The notes beneath the pieces are model-generated. The model had not been told where the DNA came from, did no database searches, and saw nothing but the letters and a program-made list of their open reading frames with translations. From assembly GCF_006345805.1 (NCBI RefSeq), contig NW_021830457.1:1-64000 (forward strand): DNA of 64,000 nt, given 5' to 3'. This document shows, piece by piece, positions 55,588 to 64,000 of this stretch (within the stretch, counting starts at the first letter, position 1; every line of letters starts with the position of its first letter). This DNA is from Octopus sinensis (lineage: Eukaryota). Made by a program: the position numbers and the translations under genes.

Positions 55588-55818
55588 CATTTCTTTACTA
55601 CCCACAAGGGGCTAAACACAGAGAGGACAAACAAGGCAGACAAAGGGATTAAGTCGATTATATCGACCCCAGTGCGTAACTGGTACTTACTTTATCGACC
55701 CCGAAAGGATGAAATGCAAAGTCGACCTCGGCGGAGTTTGAACTCAGAAGGTAACGGCAGACGAAATACGGCTACGCATTTCGCCCGGCGCTCTAATGTT
55801 TCTGTCAGCTCGCCGCCT
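55588..55818 (-). mobile_element. Full-length family A SINE
   Basis: The 16-bp TSD TATTTCTCTATGTATA lies at 55572-55587 and 55819-55834. Confidence 0.9.
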
Positions 55819-55953
55819 TATTTCTCTATGTATATACACACACACTTGTGTGTGTATATAAGTGTATATACATATCTGTCTATCTATCTGTCTGTGTATA
55901 CACACATACATACACACGTGTGTGTATATATATGTATATACATGTCTATCTAC

Positions 55954-56003
<50 letters not shown>

Positions 56004-56007
56004 CTAC

Positions 56008-56079
<72 letters not shown>

Positions 56080-57112
56080 GTCTATACACTCTCACACACA
56101 TAGAGTCGAGAGTGCTAATGTACGAAACTCTCGATCTTCTGTCATTCTGTAACCTCTGATAATTATTATTTAAAATATGCATCAATACATGTATGTATGC
56201 AAGCATACAAGTACATACATGTGTGTGAGAGTACGTGTGTATGTGCGGGTGTGTGTGCGCGAACGGGTGTTTTGTTATATATTTAAACCATGTACGAAGT
56301 GAGCGAATGATATCACATGCACATATACACAAGTATATTTACACATAAATGAACATGTATATACATGCGTGTGTGTGTGTGTGTGTGTGTGTGTAAATAT
56401 GTATCCGTTTACGTACGGACATAGTTACCATATCACTGACATGTCATAGACACACACATACATGCACACACATGGACAAATACATATCCATTACTTATAC
56501 ATAAATACATACACGTACGTATACATCCGCACTTCCACACACACAACATTAAGCCATCCACATTATACTAGTCCGCCTAAACTATTTGTTCCTTTCATAC
56601 AATGAACCTTATTAATAAGACTATTACATGTGTAAAATGTAGCGCGATGTGAGCGAGTCATATATCGCATCAAATAATACGGTAGCATGAAAGCATCATA
56701 ATACGACTGAAATAGATATGGTTGCGTGTGATATGTTAGATTAGTTTGAACCCCGTGAAAGTGAACTCTTTTAGTTAATTTGACACTAAACGTAGCGGGA
56801 GTTGCCGCGGGTCATATTACAGCTGACATGTTCATTCGGAATCGCAATTTCATGAATTTATAACGTATATAATTTGATAATTTCGATATGTAATAAGATG
56901 CATGTAAAACGCCAGAACAAACTAAACAGCCATTTTGTACGCTCGGCTGGGTCCCTTTGCTGTTGTGGCTACTTTGATATTTCGCTTGCATTGTACAAAT
57001 GATGGAAGGTTACCCAGTTTGGGGTCGAAGCAAAGCGAATCAATTTGATACAGTTATGTCGTCTGTATCATGTATGATAATAGTAATGATGATGATGATG
57101 ACGATGATGATG

Positions 57113-57164
<52 letters not shown>

Positions 57165-57634
57165 AAATAATAATAATAATAATAATAAAATAATAATAAT
57201 ATAATAATAATAATAATAATAATATAATAATAATATAATAATAATAATAATGAAAATAATAATAATAATAATAATAATGATGATGGTGATGATGATAATA
57301 ATATCCGAGTGAGTAATTCGTCCGCTTAGCTGTAGTTATACTAATTAGTTTAACTTTCGCGCCTGCTCATACATGCACGCACGCGCGCACACGCATACAC
57401 ACACACACACGTATGTGTGTGAATATATGTATGCACTATAAATATATATATATATATATACACATAAATATATATTAATATATAAATATGTGCGTATATA
57501 TATATATTTATTCATATATATACGTATACATATATCTACATATATATATATACACATATATATTTGCATAAATATATAATATATATATATGTGTACATAT
57601 ATATATATCCATAAGTATATGATATATATGTACG

Positions 57635-57691
<57 letters not shown>

Positions 57692-57704
57692 TAAATATGT
57701 ATAC

Positions 57705-57737
<33 letters not shown>

Positions 57738-57855
57738 TATATGCATACGTATATATATATATATATATTATATATATATATATATGTATACATATACACA
57801 TATATATATATATATACACACACATACATATATTTACATATATATATATATATAT

Positions 57856-57886
<31 letters not shown>

Positions 57887-58816
57887 AGCGTATACAGGTA
57901 TATATGAGCAAAGTTCTTACATGCATGCCACATTTATGCATATGTAATTGCTCACACATACACACGTGCACATTCCCATATATATATATATATTGAGATT
58001 AGAGTATGCAGCGCTACGTGCACACTTAGAGGCGTAAATACATACGCAAACACAGACATCTAGACACATTCACTCAGCCATACATACAATCGTACACACA
58101 GAAACACATACATACATACATACATACATACATACATACATACATACATACATACACTATATTCACATCAGAGTCTGTAGCGATAAATTCATTTGTATAA
58201 TTAGGGTTGTCTGACGTTTTAATTCAGGCGTGTCAGATAATAAAGAGTAACTGCATGTAGTAGTAGTAATGGTAGTAGTAGTAGTAGTAGTAGTAGTAAG
58301 TTTTCAATTGTCAGAAACATTGAAACAGGCAGAGAGGAACACAGATATTCATATTAAGTCACGGTCACACGGAGACACAGGGAGACACAAGGTGACACGG
58401 GGAGACATAGGGCGACACAGGGAGACAATTAGGCACAAACAGACATAGGCACACACACATACATACACACAGAGCCACATACATACACAGGTCATGCGAA
58501 GACAGAGACACAGTGGGTCACAAAGACACACACATGCACACCGAGGCACAGTTATAAAAGGCACATGGAAAGACACGGAGGCACACGGCGATATACACAC
58601 GCGCGCACATACATACGACCATACTCAGATATGCAGATATATAAAAGCAGTCAGGAACACGGGAAGACATGGAGAGACACAGAAGCACACTCAGAGAGAA
58701 AATGGCGCACACAAGGATACGGGATGACACAGGAACACATACGGAGAAAGGCATATACGGAGTGACGCACACAGACGCAAATGCACTAGGAGACGGTCAC
58801 GGACAAGGAGAGACAC

Positions 58817-58852
<36 letters not shown>

Positions 58853-60159
58853 AGCGGGAGAAGAAATACCTACGTACACATTGATAGGGGCATAGTGTGT
58901 GAGAAAGTGTGGTACGCATAAGGACATAGAGTCACGGAGTCACACAAGCTGAGAGTCATGAAGTCATACACTCAAGAAGGCACAGTTCTGAGTTCAAATT
59001 CTACCGAGGTCGATTTTGCCTTTCATCCTTTCGGGTCCGATAAATTAAGTACCAGTGATACACTGGGGTCGATGAAATTGACTTATCCTCTTCTCTCAAA
59101 ATTGCTTCCCTTCTGGCAAAATTTGAAACCATTATATTTACGCTTGCTACCTCGAATTCTTATGCTGGATTAATTCCATCATAAAGAGGCTCAGGACTAA
59201 CCAGTAATGTCTTTTTGGTTATATATATATTTTAAAAAATGCTTTTTTGGTGGGTGGTGTTGGAGGCGTCTGAGTGAAACTATGTTTTTTTTTCTTTTTT
59301 TTTGGTTCTATCTAAAAACAGAAGTCTCCATCCCTTGACAACCGATGTTCGTATGTTTACGTCTCGTAACTTAGCGGTACTGCAAAGAGACCGGTAGAGT
59401 AAGTACTTGGCTTACAAAGAATAAGTCCTAGGATCAATTTGTTCGACTAAGACCCTTGAAGGTGGTGCTCCAGCATGGCCGCAGTCAAATGATTGAAACA
59501 AGTAATAGAATAAAAGAATATATTAGCTTCTTTCGGTTTCCGTTTACCAGATCCACTCACAAAGCTTTGGTCGGCCCGTGGCTATAGTAGAGGACTCTTG
59601 CCCAAGGTGCCATGCAGTGGGTCTGAACTCGGCACCATGTAATTGGTAAGTAAGCTTCTTACCACACAACTCAGCCAAGCCTGCATAGATTCCGTTTACG
59701 GAATTTTTCTCACAAGGAATTGGTCAACGCAGCCGGAAGATGAATGGAATGAAAGAAATATTCAAAGCAGAGAGCAGCTAAAACGTGTTCAGTTGACTTC
59801 CTGTAGAATTTAATTCCAATGTCAGGTCATTGTTAATTAATGTTATATAAGCCTCACCCTTAACCCCCCCCTCCTCCAGTGGCTGGAGGTCGTCGAGTGC
59901 TGAATTATATTTCCGCCTGGTAGACTCTTCACAAAAAGAAACAAAACAAAACCAAAGAAAAAGGAAAATAAATCAAAAACGAAAACAAAAAATCGTTGTC
60001 AGAACCACGGTCCACAATGTCTTTGATCACCTCAGGAATGTAGCAGGAAGCAAAGAGGCGAATTGGAGAGAGGGAGGGGAAGAGGAAGAGATAGAGAGAG
60101 GGAGGGAGAGAGAGAGAGAGAGAGAGAGGAGTGAGAGAAGATATTAAGACTATGACTTA

Positions 60160-60319
60160 AGTGCAGGCGTGGCTGTGTGTTAAGCTTGCATCCCATTCAC
60201 ACGGTTCCAGGTTCCATCTCACTTGATGGCACCTTGGGCTGGTGTCTTTTACTATAGTCACGGGTTGACCAAAGCCTTCTGACTGGATTTGGTTAACGGA
60301 AACTGAAAGAAGCCCGTCG

Positions 60320-60375
<56 letters not shown>

Positions 60376-60575
60376 TCCCCCCACCCCCCACCCCCCGCCT
60401 GACAATCGGTCTGGTGTGTTTACCTCCGCGAAAGTTGGCGGTTTGGCAACAGAGTCAGATAAAATAGTTATCGAGCTTAAAATTAAAATAACTTTCGGGG
60501 GCGATTAGTTCTGCTAAAATTCTTCAAGACGATGCCCCAGCATGGCCGCAGTATAATGGCTGAAACAATTAAAAC
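60160..60575 (+). mobile_element. Family B SINE, diverged
   Basis: Contains GGAAACTGAAAGAAGCCCGTCG, an internal microsatellite and the tail. Further fragments lie at 1-148, 6060-6430, 13660-13880, 17800-18190, 33510-33670 and 59330-59670. Confidence 0.75.
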
Positions 60576-60665
60576 CATTTTAAAAATCAAAAATGTCAAA
60601 TGTTCCATAGGAGTTGTTTACCGTGCAACTGGTAGGTCTGCTGCTGCTGCTACTACTACTACTAT

Positions 60666-60708
<43 letters not shown>

Positions 60709-60952
60709 GCCACTACTGCTGCTGCTGCTGTTGTTGTTAAGCAACAAGACGGGTAAGGGTGATTAGGTGATGGTCTAGGTCATAGGGGCAGGGGACCCCA
60801 GACCTTGGAAAATAAAAAAGAATCTTTGGTCGTCTTATTGTAGTCGAGGGCTCTTCGTTGACGCCCGACACCACTGGGCGGAGGCCCTCGAAGTCGCTGG
60901 AAATGGAGATCTCCAGGTCCAAATTCTTGAACGGCTATTGCTGCTGCTGCTG

Positions 60953-61005
<53 letters not shown>

Positions 61006-62317
61006 GCTACTGCTTCTGCTGCTGTTTTACAGTACCACATATGTTACTGTTTCTAATTCTTGGAATAAATCGGTCTGATTCCCAATTGAATTCCTTTTCT
61101 TTGGAGAGTTCAACACGCCGCACCATCTCATTATAATTGTTCTCATTATAAGCTTTGGGTTTTTTTCCGTCCGTTTCTGAAGATTAAATGATAATCCAAT
61201 TAATTAAATGATAATCCAATTAAAACTGTCAGCTTATAATCCGCTATATATTCTCCAACAGACGACCCTAAACATTAGGCCCATCTGCTGATTGGGTACT
61301 AAACTCATCCTTTAGTTTCAGAAAACTCGTCGAACATGGCGATTAAAATATGCTCTTTGTACGCGGTTTGTGAAATCTATGTCAGATGTTGTCTCTGTGA
61401 CGCTGTTTACTAGCTTTCAATAGACTTTGAAATACATATATTAACACACACACACGCACGCCCGTATATAAGTACACACTCACATACGTATATAAGTATA
61501 CGCATATATACACACACATACAATATACATGCAATTAAATATATATATACCTACACACATATATACATAGGGACATCAGATGCAAGGAATGTTGTTTATG
61601 TTGCATATTTCGGTTCTCTGTTTACTTTGATCGTTGATAGAAAACAAAAGTTCGTTTTCTATGTTTTTGCTTTTATGTTTTCGTTTCTCACTGTGTCTAC
61701 GTTTCTTTGATGCCCTGTACCCATATATGCATGTATATATACATATATATATGTAGGTATGTACATATATGTATGTATATATGAAATTATCTATATATTT
61801 TTTATATTATTATATGATCGAACACCACGCATCCTATTAGAAGTAAGTTTTATCTTAATAAATACGAGGCGCACACTTATTCTATCTCTTCTCTGTCTAT
61901 CTATCTCCATCTCTTGTTCTTCTTTCTTTCTGTTTTTCCCTCCCATCCTTTTTTATTATCCTCCTCTCCCCTTCACCGTTCTTTCTCTCTCACTCATCCT
62001 CCTTGACTCTCTCGTGACTGACACGTGACGAAAGGCGATCAATCTTTCTTTCTTCCACTACCTTCCTAAAGATAAGACGTGCTTTTACCTGTCACTTCTC
62101 AAAGCTTGTCTTTCCAACGTTCATAATTTTTCACATCATCTTGTCTTAACCGCCCTCACCGTTTGTTTTTACTGTCTTGTTCTCACTTTCCTGTTTTTGC
62201 TACCACTTTCACCCTCCGCAAAAAAACTCAAATTTTATTTAATTTTCTTTGCGGGAAAGATTGTTTCAACAAAGTCGCGTATTGTCCCTACCCTCGCAAA
62301 GCGGAGTTAATTAAACA

Positions 62318-62470
62318 GGGACAACTGATGAAGGGAATGTTCATTATGCTACATGTCTCGGTTCTCTGCTTGATGTTTTCGTTGTTAGAAAACAAGTTCG
62401 TTTTCTATGTTTTTGTTTATATGTTTTCGTTTCTCATTGTGTCAACGTTTCTTTGATGTCCTGTACCCAT
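62318..62470 (+). repeat. Dispersed repeat beginning GGGACA.CTGATGAAGGG; related copies at 61570-61725 (+) and 29796-29940 (-)
   Basis: The copies share a T-rich body and the end GTCCTGTACCCATATA. Two of the three (62318 and 29796) start with a CUGANGA-A-GGG half of a hammerhead core but have no matching GAAA. Confidence 0.65.
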
Positions 62471-62632
62471 ATATACATACCTACATATATACATATATAC
62501 ATGTAGGTATGTACATATATGTACGTATATATATATATACACTTGTTAAACAGGACAGTAAACATTAAGGCAAGGCAAACATCTCAAGTCGCATACAATA
62601 TTATTATACAATCTTATCATAGGAAGTCTGAA

Positions 62633-62840
62633 GGCGGCGAGCTGGCAGAAACGTTAGCACGCCGGGCGAAATGCGTAGCCGTATTTCGTCTGCCGTTACG
62701 TTCTGAGTTCAAATTCCGTCGAGGTCGACTTTACTTTTCATCCTTTCTAGATCGATAAATTAAGTACCAGCCACATGCATACTAATCGACTGGCCGCCCC
62801 CACCCCAAATTTCGGGCCTTGTGCCTATAGTAAAAACGAT
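62633..62840 (+). mobile_element. Family A SINE with the alternative tail
   Basis: Head GGCGGCGAGCTGGCAGAAACG and tail CCCCAAATTTCGGGCCTTGTGCCTA. Confidence 0.85.
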
Positions 62841-62925
62841 TGTTATAGGAAGTAATCCGTTACGGCACTTACCTAGCGTACCTAATCGTTTAGATCACCT
62901 GTGAACTAAACCCCCATACTTTATA

Positions 62926-62987
<62 letters not shown>

Positions 62988-62992
<5 letters not shown>

Positions 62993-63730
62993 CTGCTTGC
63001 CTGAGGACATCTTTGTGGGGATATGATTCTGCCATTTGATGTGGAGGATTTTTCGGAGGCAGCGCAGGTGAAAGATGTTTAGGCGACGCTCTTGGCGTGT
63101 GTATAGCGTCCAGGTCTCGCTTCCATACAGTAGAGTGCTGAGTACACATGCCTGGTAGATCTTCAAATGGCAGAATCATATCCCCAACAAAGATGTCCTC
63201 AGGCAAGCAGGAATACCAAGAATGTTTGCACTCCTCACACAAAGACGTATGAGATGGCTTGGGCATGTTAGCCGTATGAAAGATGGCAGAATCCCCAAGG
63301 ACATACTCTACGGAGAGCTTGCTAGGGGTACTAGGTCTGTGGGTAGACCGATCTTACGTTCACAGGATGTTTGCAAAAGGGATATGAAGGCCTGCAACAT
63401 CAACATTAGCGGTTGGGAGGCAGTCGCCGGCACCGTGGAGAATGGCGACGTACAGTAAAAGAGGGTATACAGAGGAGTGACAGAAAGAGAGAGGAGAAAT
63501 GGAAAGAAGGAAGAGACATAAACAAGAGACCATGGCACTACAACCAGCCAGGAACAGGTCTTCGCTACATTTGCAGTACCTGCCAGAGGGAGTGTTTGTC
63601 CAGGATAGGACTACACAGCCACAGCAAGAAATGTAACAGGAAATAAAATATAACAGCCGGACTAGACCTAGAAAAAAAAAAAAAATGCGCAACTCCATTG
63701 TCTCCCGAGACAGAAAGGATGCCAAACAAA
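62988..63730 (+). mobile_element. 5'-truncated RTE-clade LINE with 5' inversion and duplication, inserted in (TA)n
   Basis: Plus-strand 63163-63646 encodes KWQNHIPNKDVLRQAG...RRMRWLGHVSRMKDGRIPKDILYGEL...CSTCQRECLSRIGLHSH, the RTE C-terminus, with one frameshift near 63428. Minus-strand 62988-63164 encodes the preceding KIYQACVLSTLLYGSETW...LRCLRKIL. The 3' end has a TGTCTC-CC-GAGACA hairpin (63699-63712) followed by GGATGCC. Confidence 0.9.
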
Positions 63731-64000
63731 TATATATATATATATATAACGTGTATTCCATTAGGAACGTAGCAGAGTGCAAGATAGAAATCGCTCACCT
63801 TAACCATTACCAAATAACCGGTAGTATTACTAAATACTTCCAAGCCAAGGTTTGGGCATTTTTCGTGTACGAAAATAAAATTGAATAAGATCGATTCAAC
63901 AAGAAGATGGATGTATTAGCATTGAAGTCGAAGGTTTTGTAACTAACGGGGACAGCGGTTGTATATAACCAGAAGAAGTACAACTGGATCCCCTTATACA

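Noticed and set aside
60800-60900. QRRALDY as a retroviral env immunosuppressive motif
   Set aside because: The match is seven residues, with no surrounding env features.
62318-62360. Complete hammerheads in the GGGACA.CTGATGAAGGG family (also 29924 and 61570)
   Set aside because: At most the CUGANGA half is present, with no properly placed GAAA, stem III or stem I partner.

Overview
AT-rich eukaryotic non-coding DNA with very dense microsatellites. The SINE families look like those of Octopus (a coleoid cephalopod); this is recognition from sequence, not a database hit. I find no supportable host protein-coding gene. Almost every ORF in the track is a translation of simple repeats, including the 1,597 and 1,622 aa frames across a 4.7-kb CAT/CAC array at ~39.98-44.69 kb. 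The window holds: (1) many tRNA-derived SINEs from at least four families, including dimers, nested copies and copies with 15-19 bp TSDs; (2) LINE remnants, namely a young RTE with a 5' inversion plus duplication, two CR1-type RT relics, a probable Hero/NeSL-like relic and a C2H2-finger tail; (3) mariner, hAT and piggyBac MITEs and Helentron-type elements. The most notable signal is a set of type I hammerhead-ribozyme motifs, folded by eye: seven clear ones (17.6, 23.6, 28.6, 29.2, 48.4, 48.8 and 51.4 kb) plus weaker relics. One sits in a ~353-bp partial tandem repeat resembling a Penelope pLTR or retrozyme. One lies behind a tRNA-derived Pol III head, like the Schistosoma Sm-alpha element. 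A CRE/AP-1/ARE/E-box motif cluster at ~53.0-53.4 kb is a candidate enhancer. None of the ribozyme or regulatory calls has been tested computationally or experimentally.
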